Source: Antedon mediterranea (lineage: Eukaryota; Animalia; Echinodermata). From it: a DNA stretch of 64,000 nucleotides. Position 1 is the first letter of the stretch; each line of letters starts with the position of its first letter. A model generated the notes under the pieces. The model was given only the letters and a program-made list of their open reading frames with translations, ran no database searches and was not told where the DNA came from. A program made the translations under genes and the position numbers. The stretch spans positions 29,264,001 through 29,328,000 of the forward strand of contig NC_092674.1 in the NCBI RefSeq assembly GCF_964355755.1. Reading direction: 5' to 3'. Below, piece by piece: positions 1 to 11,342 of the stretch.

Positions 1-3000
1 AACAAGAGCGTGATCATTACTTTAATCTCTTGAAAGAAAGGAATGAAGAAGTGAGCAAGTTAAAAACACTAAATGATCAAATGAACATCCAGATGAAGGA
101 AGGAGAGAAGCACTTTGAAGATTTTCGAAAACAGAATGAAAACTTGTCACAGTGGGTAGAGATGAACAGTAAAAAAACAAATGATGTACAGGAAGAGAAG
201 GAACAACTCATAAAGTTGTTAGAGGAAAAGAATTTTAGTAATCAGGAGTTAAAAAGGACAAATGAAGATTTTAGAAAAAGGTTGAAAGCAAGTGATAAAA
301 AACTGGGTTTGCTTAACAATGAGAATGAAGATTTGAAATTGACATTAGAAGAGAAAAATAAAGAAAATGATGATGCACTAAAAGAGAAGGAAAAAATGTT
401 TATTGAGTTAAAAGAATCCAGATATGAGGTAATAACATTTACTAAATTGGAAATACTATTTGTGTATTTCCTCCCTGTGTGCTCACATTATGTGCACCAT
501 ATGCTTTGTTCACTTCCATATGTTTTGAAAAATGCTTAAAGTACCTGTCACACCATACAGCCTAGACTTGCGGCAATGCCCAAGTCTGTAGTTATTGTCT
601 TTTTCATGTTAGTCCACCTGTCGGCTTTTTAATTTTTGTCCAAACAAGCTCAATGTATGAGCTTCATATCAGTATCAGTTCATGTATGAAACGCCATATG
701 TGCCAAATTTTTTATCTTTTTACTAATATTGAGTCAAAACTTTGTCTATAACCTAGACTACATACAGCATAATATTGAATCAGTAAAATAGTGAATATTT
801 ATCATCCAATCAGGTTGCTTCTTTGACCGAGGAAACTGATAGACAGAAGTCAGAAATTAAAGTTATAAGTAAAAGAATCAACGAAGACAAGCAGAGGTAC
901 AGAGCTAAGATTGTTGCTTTAGATAATGAGCTCAATGCTGTTCATAGCGCCCTCACAGCAAGCAAGTCCGCAGATGCAAAAGGCAAGTGCGTTTTCTTAT
1001 TGACACTGATTGTTAAAAGCAGTCTTGTAATCTATCTTTGTAAACTCCATTCTTCTATTCTCTTTTATACAGCAATGCAAATGGCTGAAAACATGCACCA
1101 GGATATGACATCAAAAAGGTCCCAGATCGACTCTCTGATAAGCAAGGTTCATTGGCTAGAGGAAAGTCTAGAGGCAGCACGCAATGTAAACTTTTATAAA
1201 TTGAAACACTCAAAAACTTAATTGTTCTCACAAATTCCTTTGAATTTTCTAAATTTTATTTTAAACTTTCTAGAAAAACCAGTATTTAGGCTGACTTCAA
1301 AGTTGACACATACTATTCTACTATTATTATTATTGTAAACTTGTTTTTAAATATCATTGATTTCAGGATAACAAAACGACAGAAGCAACCAAGGACAAGT
1401 ATCATTTACGATGTTCTAGGCTTGCTGAGGAGCTGGAGAAACTTGGCCTTGAGTTAGAAGAAGTAAGGCACCAACACAGCAAGCAGACAGCGTACGTCAC
1501 AAAACTAGAAATAGCCTTAGACAAGGTACTTTTACTTATTTTCACCTCTTGCTTTCAAAGTAATTTGGCTTTTACAGAGCAGCTTTCTTCTATCTAGCAT
1601 CTTCCTGGAAAGTTGTTTCATAACAAATTAATGGTAGATCTGTGAATTTCTTTAGGCCGCTTCACTGCATGCTGACGTGAAAACAGCAGCAGAAAACCAA
1701 GAACAAGAGATGACAAGAACCAAACTGAGATATAGCCTGGAAATAAAAGTATGTTTACTTTCCTAATTAGCTTTCCTTGGGAAGTATTTTCATGAATTAG
1801 ACACTTATTTCCAACCATGTTTTCATTGGCTCCTCATTACTAACTTACATTTGGATTATTATTGTGTTTCTAGGAGTTGCAACAAGCCTTAGAAGCCGTT
1901 ACAAAAACAAATAAATCTCTAAGCCAATCTTCTAAGAGAGATCCAGTAAAGGAATCTAGGACTAAAACATCAAGACCAACATCGGCCAGAATGGAAGAAT
2001 CAAAGAAGCCAGAAAGAAAAGTTGTAAAAAAATCAGACTTTTCTTCTAAGAAAGACAAAGTATGTCATGTTAACATGAACTATGTTTAATGAGACCAGGG
2101 AAGAGTGAGATTAAATCTGTTACTTCTTCACTATACTTTCTGAACCAATAACAGAATATTGTATACTAGTGCAATGCATTATAAATTATTCTTTCATTTT
2201 TATTAGAAGGTGGATAGCGACATGAATAGTGAACTGAGACAGCTGCTTGGCGAGATGAAGACGATGTTGTCAAATGGAATGGTAAACCAACAAAGAGAAC
2301 CTCCTAATACAAACCAGAGCAACTCACAACATAATGCTAGGTACTGTTCAACAGTTTTAAATTCTGTACCTTATAGCATTACACCATTCTGAACTTGGAT
2401 TAATCTGCCATTTATATACCTTGCTAAAGAGACATTTAGAGTCAATCTAGTCAAAGTAGAAAACATTAGGCTTAAACTCACAATCAGTATCAGTACATGT
2501 ATATATCTTTATTCATCCCTCATGGGGCAATTAACAAACGAAGGAAATGGATTACATCAGCTTACAATAAAAAGTACAAATTGGATTTGCCTACTTTCTG
2601 TGTAAAAATATATACAAATATATTTAAATACAATGTCAACAGGTTTATTGCTTGAACTCACCAATACACTTGTTATGTTTTAGTAATAGTTCAACTTCGA
2701 TTGATGAAAAATATACCAGGCCAAGCTCAAGAGGCTTGCCAACTGATAGATACCAGCAGACAAAGAATGAACCTATTCTTCGTTCAGCAACTCCACCAGA
2801 AAGACTAACCGGTATTATATTCGAATCAATATTTCACAACAGAGTCAACTTTATAAGCAATTTTCTTTTAAAAATGTGTGAAAAATTGTTAATAGGGTCA
2901 ACCAAGCATTTAACTTGTAACAGTCACCATCATAGAAATATTATAAAGCTCTGTCTAGACTATCAAACTAGTTTGACAAATATGGTAGTGATATGACATC

Positions 3001-3895
3001 ATCATGTCCATATATGGGCACATTACATTTTTTGTCACATAAAGTTTGATAGTGTAGACAGAGCTTTAACTACAGTACATTTACACTTCAATTTGAATTT
3101 CTTTTCAGATTTTAGCTCTCCATTACATGCATCATCACCATTCCACCACCCAGTAGATTCAACAACAGATGTCCACAGCCAGCCTAGGACAACCCAGCTA
3201 TCCCCTGTTGAGAAGCTACTGCTCCAACAGCCCAACAGGCAGACAACATTCCATCATAGGTCAGGGAAAAGCAGGGCTCAACGAAAGTATGATGGATACC
3301 ATGAGAAGGCTTACTGGGACAGTGATGAAACATCCACAAGCATAACCAACTCTGATACAGGTAACCTACTAAAAGCATGTAATAAAACAGGTTTAGACCT
3401 GCTTCTGAGTGGTACAAGTAACATATCTTTTAATATTTCTGCATGCTTGATATAATAAATGTTTAAATATATGATTGAAAATTATTGCAGAAATGCAGGC
3501 AAGAAATCAACAATATTCATTAAAGAAACTTGAAGAGCGTTTACAAAGTTTATCAAAGATTGGTGGGAATTTAAAAGATGGAAATGAAGGTATGTATAAT
3601 TACTACAATACAGTAACATCTGGAATTTTTTTGTTTTATATATTTCTGTAATTTTTGTTGTGCCAACATTTAATAAATTAAATCAAACATTTTATGAATC
3701 AGTACATCAAGTATTGATTTCTCATGTTGCAATGTTAAATGTTACATTTGGTAATTCAGATGTCATACACTATTTCTAATGTCCTTGAATGTGTTTATTA
3801 TAGCAATGGCGTCACTGATTCAAAACCAGGGATTGAAACTGAAACAATGTCGACAACATGAAATGCAATTAAAAACGAAGAAGGAGATTCGATGA
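1..3895 (+). CDS. CCDC158: Coiled-coil domain-containing protein 158-like, 3' exons (5' end outside window)
   Basis: Spliced exons include <1-428, 814-982, 1073-1185, 1367-1525, 1656-1748, 1874-~2059, several more exons, and a last exon 3804-3895 (TGA). Peptides [63 protein letters not shown] and C-terminal LEERLQSL..NEAMASLIQNQ match the vertebrate CCDC158 pattern as I recall it. Confidence 0.8.
2944..3068. mobile_element. Palindromic MITE family 1 (TIR AGCTCTGTCTACACTATCAAACT)
   Basis: taaagctctgtctagactatcaaact...agtttgatagtgtagacagagcttta. Related copies at ~28013-28280 (two), 29020-29158, 54693-55013, 56943-57091, 57883-58000 and an interrupted one at ~59575-60030. TAA/TTA flanks suggest PIF/Harbinger type. 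Confidence 0.75.
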
Positions 3896-4190
3896 CAAGC
3901 AAGAACGTTCAATTATAAATGTTTCCTGAAATTTAGTGAAAGAGGGAGTGGGGGGAGGGGAAGTAGTTCTAGTGGTGATGGTTTACACATAAATATTACA
4001 TAACACATTTATAAGTGCAGTTTAAATTTATTTCTCTACACTAAGCATTTTATACATACAGTATATACATTTCTGAGGAAAAGAGAAAAAGTCTAAACTA
4101 AATGTTAAAAATAGATGAGAAAACTTGCAATAAAGTCTATTAATCAAATTGATCCAAATTTAGTTTAGAACCGTAATCTTATGCTTGATA

Positions 4191-4351
4191 TAGCTTGGTT
4201 CCTACTTGGATGCAATGCAATTAGGAGGTAGGCGCAATGCAAGTGAGTTGACCAATCACAAACGAGAGTTCAGTTGATCCATTGGGTTGTGATTGGTCAA
4301 ATTACTTATTACTAATTTGCATGTGTTGCATTTTAAGTGAGAACCAGGCTT
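4191..4351. mobile_element. MITE family 2, degenerate copy
   Basis: agcttggttcctact...gtgagaaccaggct termini with internal ccaatcacaa/ttgtgattgg inverted repeat, as in the intact copies at 43626, 45786, 46760 and 63250. Confidence 0.6.
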
Positions 4352-5720
4352 ATGCAGATGGCCTATTATAATTGTACAGTACTTACACTTAGCAGTATTA
4401 ATAATATTTAGTTTATAAATAATTAATATTGATTATAATCATAATATATTACCTATAAAATCTACTTGTTCTCTGTTCATTACATAGTTCAGGTAATTAT
4501 GTAGAAAACTACGTCTATGCAAACATTAATAAATCTTCCACAAACAGGAAATTTAAATATAAAAACAATATGATATTGAAACTATGCAATCTTTTACATT
4601 TCATTATGACCAGGCTGCTTTACTGATTTTTATCCAGAGACAAGACAAGTTTGCAAAACTGTACAGCATACAACTTTTTTTATAAATAAAATGATGTACT
4701 ATTTAATGATAATGTACTATTATAATGATGTACTATTTAATGATAATGTACTATATAATGATGTACTATATACTAGAGTAAAAGCAGTTCTTCCAAAAGT
4801 AAAGCATTGTATATAATTAACTTATTTTGGTAATTTACTTATAATTCTTACCTAAGTGGGGTTATATTAATTTTTTCAACTTATAGTTACAATGTTTAAA
4901 AAAATATAATGCACTTATACTAGAGTAAAAGCAGTTCTTCCAAAAGCAAAGCATTGTATATAATTAACTTATTTTGGTAATTTACTTTGTATGATTATTA
5001 CTATTGTTGGTTTCTATTTATTTTAAGTTATAATTTATAATTTTTCGATTAGAATATACATATTATTACGATATTGGTATCCGTATTCTATAATTATATA
5101 AGATATCTATGCAAGAATAAAGTTTAAAGAGCAACTCATTCACACATTTTAAACTCATTTCGTTATAATTTTGAAGCTTTTTATAGTAGGTAGCCCTACA
5201 GTTTTCTAATAAATAAAGTAATAATGAAAGTATACTGTCGTTGCTGGAAACTGTATTTTTCGTATTTACAATTTGATTTACAAAATGGACAGACATTTTC
5301 ATTTTCTATGATGTTTAAATTACACCACATTACTTGTTTTTTTTAACTTCTCATATGCAAATAACACATTGCGACTGTATTGCATTTTTATTCGTTTCTG
5401 ACCTTTCCTCCGTCGAAACACATGTCATTTTTACTATCAACCATAACATGGTCCAATTCAAAGTCGTACAGTAATCATACCTTGGTTTTTGTCATCAAAC
5501 AATCTAAAGCCTGTTTTCCAGTCGACGCTATCGTTATCATTTCAACTTGATCGTTTTCAAACGATTGTCGTCAAGAAAACAGGCTTAAATACAGTAAACT
5601 AAGTTTTGTGTTACATTGTCATAATTAATACGTGTAAATTAATTAAACAAGAAAGAGTTTTAAAGTTTAATAATGAGCAAGTTAGAGTGTAAAGAAATGA
5701 TAATGTTCAGTTCGTGTTTA

Positions 5721-6690
5721 TCATGGATATAGTCTTGTTTTCTCCAAATATAATGGATATGGTATCATCCATATTGTGAGTGTACAACTGCAGAGAGGTT
5801 CTGTTGGTTCTGTCACTACCCGGATGCTTGTATTCCCAGTTGCATGCCAATACATATTAGATACATCACATGTTAAAAGTTGTTGGTCATTTTCCTGACG
5901 AATCTCCCGGATGCAGTATTGATTCGAGTTGTTGTGCATCTCATCTTCCGTACCATTTCTCGACCACAAGTACTCGACATTCAGAAGACTCCCTGCAGTT
6001 ATAGCACAAATGAAGCAAATTAATTTTAATCGATTTTGGAATAATATGGAGAGTATTCGTAAAACATCTTTGCACAGGTTGTTTTGCACTTTCACACATA
6101 AACGAAATATCCGTGTCATTTGTCATAACAGTGTAAGTGTAACTTTGATTTACTGTTTTGAGAAAACGTGTATTACCGTTTCCAACATCGTATAAGTAGA
6201 GTCTCACCTGGTCTGAAAGTTCATCCTCACAAAATACATTCACTAAATCTCCAATACCTGCGGACATAGGTATCGGACCGCAGACTATGTTTGACATACA
6301 TTTTGGAAGAACGACCAAATTTGTAACGTGCATTGTATACAATCCAGAATCTGCCAGGGCAGCATCAGTTATTGTCAGTGTATTGGTTGTGTAATTATTA
6401 TACGTTTCTTTACATTGTTTTATCGACAAACTAAAACGATCTTGACGTAGACCCAGTACATTTGTATTAAATTTATATTGGTAATTCGAAAGCCACAAGT
6501 CAGTACAAAATACACGTATATACCAAAATAGAACGGATTTTTCTCCTGCTGAACAATCAGTACTACATCTCATGGTCACGTTCTCTTCTTCATAAACCGT
6601 GACATTATGCATTACAACATTCACATTACAGGTTACACGATGCAGAGCCGAAATCAAGAATAGCACCACTGACAATGCAAACAACGTCAT
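5721..6690 (-). pseudogene. Ig-receptor family A, copy A1 (disrupted; could yield a truncated secreted product)
   Basis: Paralogous to A2/A3. A 27-nt in-frame deletion at ~6336 removes RCQVVEANY (second Ig Cys). A deletion/frameshift lies at ~6018-6030. The TM and tail are deleted at ~5741-5760. Confidence 0.85.
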
Positions 6691-7539
6691 TATCTTCGAC
6701 TACTGTAGGTATATAACCGTTATAGTTACAAACAATGCTATGATGTTCATTTTTTTTTTAAAGTGAATCAAAACTTACTTTCTATTATAAGAACTGTACC
6801 ATTAGGTACAGTTGGGTTTGTTTGTTCGATAATATTGTTTGTCATGGATAATATAATTTGATCAGTGGCAATCAACCAATATTAAAATGAAACTACTACA
6901 ATAATTACAAAACTAACAATAATGTAGACTATACACGCAATATTGCCTATATATCATAATCATATATTGCATATTTTAATTTATCTAGTAATATTATTAA
7001 TCACGTTTTAAAAGTACTACTATACTATTACGTAATATTACGATACGCAAGAGTTTCTATATTATTAGTTTGTCTTACACGATATGATATCGATATTGTT
7101 ACTGGCATAACATTAAATTTAGAATTATTATAATAGCTACCGTTAACATTGGTTAAATATATGAAAAGTTTCTTAACTTAAAAATAAGAAAGAGTTTAAC
7201 TCCGAATAAAGATAATTTGATATAATCATTATTATCTTATTATTTAAAGCTCGTTGTAATATATACAACATATATAGGTTAAAATATAAGTATAATCATT
7301 CTACAGTATAAATGTGTACATACGTATATAGGCCTATTATGTCATTTATTTGTCAAAATTGTCGTCGTTCGTTAAAATTACCTTGTTTCTTCAAAGTAAT
7401 ATATTATCTACTACCAAACTGGTGTCATGCTGCTCTGGCAACCGATTAACCAAAGAGTAATACGTGTAACAACAGTGAGCAAGGTGGCAGAGTGTAAAGA
7501 AATGTTCAGTTCGTTTTTATCATGGATAGTCTTGTTTTC

Positions 7540-8664
7540 TTACAGTCTACCGTCATATATATCAACAACCTCTATCTGTGCATCCTCTGTGTTGTCAGTA
7601 CATTTGATGTTGTTACACCTCTTACATATCACAATGAGAACAGCTATCATTAAGAAGACTTTGATTATCAATGGTATCATCCATATTGAGAGTGAACAAC
7701 TGCAGAGAGGTTCTGTTGGTCCTGTCACTACTCGGATGCTTGTGTTCCCAGTTGCATGCCAATATTTATTAGATACATCACATGATAGAAGTTGTTGGTC
7801 ACCTTCCTGACGAATCTCCCGGATGCAGTATTGATTTGAGTTGTGCATCTCGTATGTGGTACCATTTCTTGACCACGAGAACTCGACATTCAGAATACTC
7901 CCTGTAGTTATAGCACAAATGAAGCATACTTTATCACCATCGTAGAATGGCGTGTTGTTTAGCGGCAGGACTTGGATCGATGCTGTTTCAATAACATGGA
8001 GAGTATTCGTAAAACATTTTTGCCCTCGTACACTCTCACACATAAACGAAATACTTGTGTCATTTGTCATTACAGTGTAAACGTATCTTAGTGTTTCTTG
8101 GTTTAAGGTTTTGAGAAAACGTGTATTACTGTTTTCAACATTGTACAAGTAGAGTTTCAACGGGTCTGTATGTTCATCTTCACAAAATACATTCACTAAA
8201 TCACCAATACCTGCGGACATAGGTATCGGACCACAGACTATGTTTGACGTACATTTTGGAAGAACGACCAAATTTGTAACGTGCATTGTGTAGTTTGCTT
8301 CTACAACTTGGCATCTATACAATCCAGAATCTTCCTGGGCAGCATCAGTTATTGTCAGTGTATTTGTTGTGTAATTATTGTAAGTTTCAGTACACTGTTT
8401 TACCGACAAACTAAAACGATCTTGACGTTGACCCAGTGCATTTTTGTTAAATTTATATTGGTAATCAGAAAGCCACAAGTCAGTGCAAAATACACGTAGA
8501 AACCAAAATAAAACGGATTTTTCTCCTGTTGAACAATCGGCACTGCATCTCATGGTCACGTTCTCTCCTTCATAAACCGTAACATTATTGGCATCTGCAG
8601 CATTCTCATAACATGTTACACAACGCAAGGCCGAAATCAAGTACAGCACGTACAATGCAAGCAT
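7540..8664 (-). CDS. Ig-receptor A2: single-exon, 3 Ig-like domains, TM with Lys, short tail (374 aa)
   Basis: Signal peptide; V-like D1 (GENVTMRC..W..LTITDAAQEDSGLYRC); two further Cys-paired domains; TM IWMIPLIIKVFLMIAVLIVIC; tail ending DIYDGRL; many NxS/T sequons. Confidence 0.9.
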   Translation of the reverse strand: MLALYVLYLISALRCVTCYENAADANNVTVYEGENVTMRCSADCSTGEKSVLFWFLRVFCTDLWLSDYQYKFNKNALGQRQDRFSLSVKQCTETYNNYTTNTLTITDAAQEDSGLYRCQVVEANYTMHVTNLVVLPKCTSNIVCGPIPMSAGIGDLVNVFCEDEHTDPLKLYLYNVENSNTRFLKTLNQETLRYVYTVMTNDTSISFMCESVRGQKCFTNTLHVIETASIQVLPLNNTPFYDGDKVCFICAITTGSILNVEFSWSRNGTTYEMHNSNQYCIREIRQEGDQQLLSCDVSNKYWHATGNTSIRVVTGPTEPLCSCSLSIWMIPLIIKVFLMIAVLIVICKRCNNIKCTDNTEDAQIEVVDIYDGRL

Positions 8665-9225
8665 CCTGAATTTATCCGACTTGTAGAACCACTATTGTTT
8701 TAGTTACAAAAACTGCTATGATGTTCATTTTATTTCGAAAGTGAATCAAAACATACTTTCTATTATAGGAACTGTACCATTAGGTACAGTTGGGTTTGTT
8801 TGTTCGATAATATCGTTTGTTGGATAATATAATTTGATCAGTGGCAATCAACCAATATTAAAAATGAAACTACTACAATAATTACAAAACTAACAATAAT
8901 GTAGACTATACACGCAATATTGCGTAGGCATATCATAATCATATATTGCATATTTTAATTTATCTAGTAATATTATTAATCACGTTTTAAAAATACTACT
9001 ATACTATTAAGTAAAATTACGATACGCAAGAGTTTCTATATTATTAGTTTGTCTTACACGATATGATAACGATATTGTTACTGGCATAACATTAAATTTA
9101 GAATTATTATAATAGCTACCGTTAACATTGGTTAAATATATGAAAAGTTTCTTAACTTAAAAATGAGAAACAGTTTAACTCCGAATAAAGATACTTTGAT
9201 ATAATCATTATTATCTTATTATTTA

Positions 9226-9536
9226 CGAGTGAGTGAGTGGCCGAGCGGTTACAGTGGAACCGTAATTACGTAGCCATAACATCGGCAGGGGTTCGAGGCT
9301 CCATGGTTCTGGTGGTAGAACGAATCTTCTCGGATAAGGACTATAAACCGTAGGTCCAGTGTACACATAGCTCGTGTGCACTTTAAAGAACCTAGTACAT
9401 CTTTCGAGACGAGTAGGGGGTTACCCCGGTGTATTAGTACATCACAGCCACTGGGCCCTCTGGGAGACCAGTCTTTGACTGAAGAGATTACCCAGTATAA
9501 ATATATATTTCAATCAATCAATTTCAATTCAATTTC
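9226..9536 (+). mobile_element. tRNA-derived SINE with Deu/Nin-like central domain
   Basis: Box A TGGCCGAGCGG, box B GGTTCGAGGC, core ggataaggactataaaccgtaggtcc..gtgcactttaaagaacc, (caat)n-like tail. Absent from the paralogous spacer (empty site tattta|aagctcg at ~7246). Second copy at ~28478-28750. Confidence 0.85.
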
Positions 9537-9844
9537 AAGCTCGTTGTAATATATACATTATATATTGGTTAAAATATAAGTATAATCATTGTACAGTATA
9601 AATGTGTACATACGTATATAGGCCTAAACATAGGCCTATTATGTCATTTAGTTGTCAAAATTGTCGTCGTTCGTTAAAATTACCTTGTTTCTTCGAAGTA
9701 ATATATTATCTACAGTACTACCAAACTGGTGTCATGCTCTGGCAAACGATTAACAAAAGAGTGAATACGAGTAACAACGGTGAGCAAGGTGGCAGAGTGT
9801 AAAGAAATATTCAGCTCGTTTTTATCATGGATAGTCTGGTTTCC

Positions 9845-10960
9845 TTACAGTCTACCGTCATATATATCAACAACCTCTATCTGTGCATCCTCTGTGTTGT
9901 CAGTAGGTTTGATGTTGTTACACCTCTTACATATCACAATGAGAACAGCTATCATTAAAAAGACTTTGATTACCAATGGTATCATCCATATTGTGAGTGT
10001 ACAACTGGAGAGAGGTTCTGTTGGTTCTGTCAATACCCGGATGCTTGTGTTCCCAGTTGCATACCAATACGTATTAGATACATCACATGTTAAAACTTGT
10101 TGGTCATCTTCCTGACGAATCTCCCGGATGCAATATTGATTTGAGTTGTGCATCTCGTATGTGCTACCATTTCTCGACCACGAGTATTTGACATTCAGAA
10201 GACTCCCTGCAGTTATAGCACAAATGAAGCATATCTGGTCACCAGCGTAGAATGTAGTTCTATTGATCGGAACAACTTGAATCGATTTTGGAATAACATG
10301 GAGAGTGTTCGTAAAACATCTTTGCACAGGTTGTTTTCCACTTTCACACATAAACGAAATATCGGTGTCATTTGTCGTCACGGTGTAAGTGTAACTTTGA
10401 TTTGATGTTTTGAGAAAACGTGTATTACCGTTTCCAATATCGTATAAGTAGAGTCTAATCTCATCTGAAAGTTCATCCTCACAAAATACATTCACTAAAT
10501 CACCAATACCTGCGGACATGGGGATCGGATTGCAGACTATGTTTGATAGACATTTGGAAAGAATGACCAAATTCAATGTTAACAAAATCGTTGAGTTTGA
10601 AACTGTTATCATTCCACATTTATACCAACCAGAATCTACCTGGACAGCATCTGTTATTGTCAGTGTACTTGTTGTGTAATTATTATACGTTTCATTGCAT
10701 CGCTTTACCGATATATCAAAACGATCTTCTTGAGGCGAGTCCAATATATAATGGTTAAATTCATATCGGTGATCAGAAAGCCACACGTAAATGGAGCCTA
10801 TACGTAGATACCAAAGTAGAACGGTTTCTCCTGCTGAGCAATCTGAACTACATCTCATGGTAACGTTTTCTCCTTCATAAACCGTGACGTTATTCGTTTC
10901 AAAATGTATATGACATGTTACACAAACCAGGGCCAAAATCAAGTATAGCAACATAGACAT
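9845..10960 (-). CDS. Ig-receptor A3: divergent D1, TM with Lys, short tail (371 aa)
   Basis: Same architecture as A2. D1 is diverged (LRIGSIYVWLSDHRYEF..DSGWYKC); D2 resembles A1. Confidence 0.9.
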   Translation of the reverse strand: MSMLLYLILALVCVTCHIHFETNNVTVYEGENVTMRCSSDCSAGETVLLWYLRIGSIYVWLSDHRYEFNHYILDSPQEDRFDISVKRCNETYNNYTTSTLTITDAVQVDSGWYKCGMITVSNSTILLTLNLVILSKCLSNIVCNPIPMSAGIGDLVNVFCEDELSDEIRLYLYDIGNGNTRFLKTSNQSYTYTVTTNDTDISFMCESGKQPVQRCFTNTLHVIPKSIQVVPINRTTFYAGDQICFICAITAGSLLNVKYSWSRNGSTYEMHNSNQYCIREIRQEDDQQVLTCDVSNTYWYATGNTSIRVLTEPTEPLSSCTLTIWMIPLVIKVFLMIAVLIVICKRCNNIKPTDNTEDAQIEVVDIYDGRL

Positions 10961-11342
10961 CTTTTCAAGCGAACGTTTAATTTACTCTGACATGATATGA
11001 TTGCTTTGATTATCATCAACGGGTTTTTTTTTCGAAAGTAAAATCTCAATACCTATATTAAATATACACTGTACTTTAAATTGGTTTTGTTTTGACAAAC
11101 GACAAACATTCACTTTTCAACAAGTTTTCGTAAGCCACTAACACGAAACCCATATGATCAATTTTAAAAGTTGGATATGCGTTTGTGGAGTTGGCCTAAT
11201 TTAGATTAAAGCTTGTTGAAAAGAATCCACCTCACAACATTATGTAGGCCTCACTGCAGTATAATCATTGAGTTACAGACATTACATTGTGGTACCAACC
11301 TCGAGGTGTATATGCAAATTAATTTGATTCAGTTCACCCACG

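Noticed and set aside
4690-4990. Short AT-rich tandem and ~70-bp direct repeats
   Set aside because: Ordinary slippage or local duplication with no further structure.
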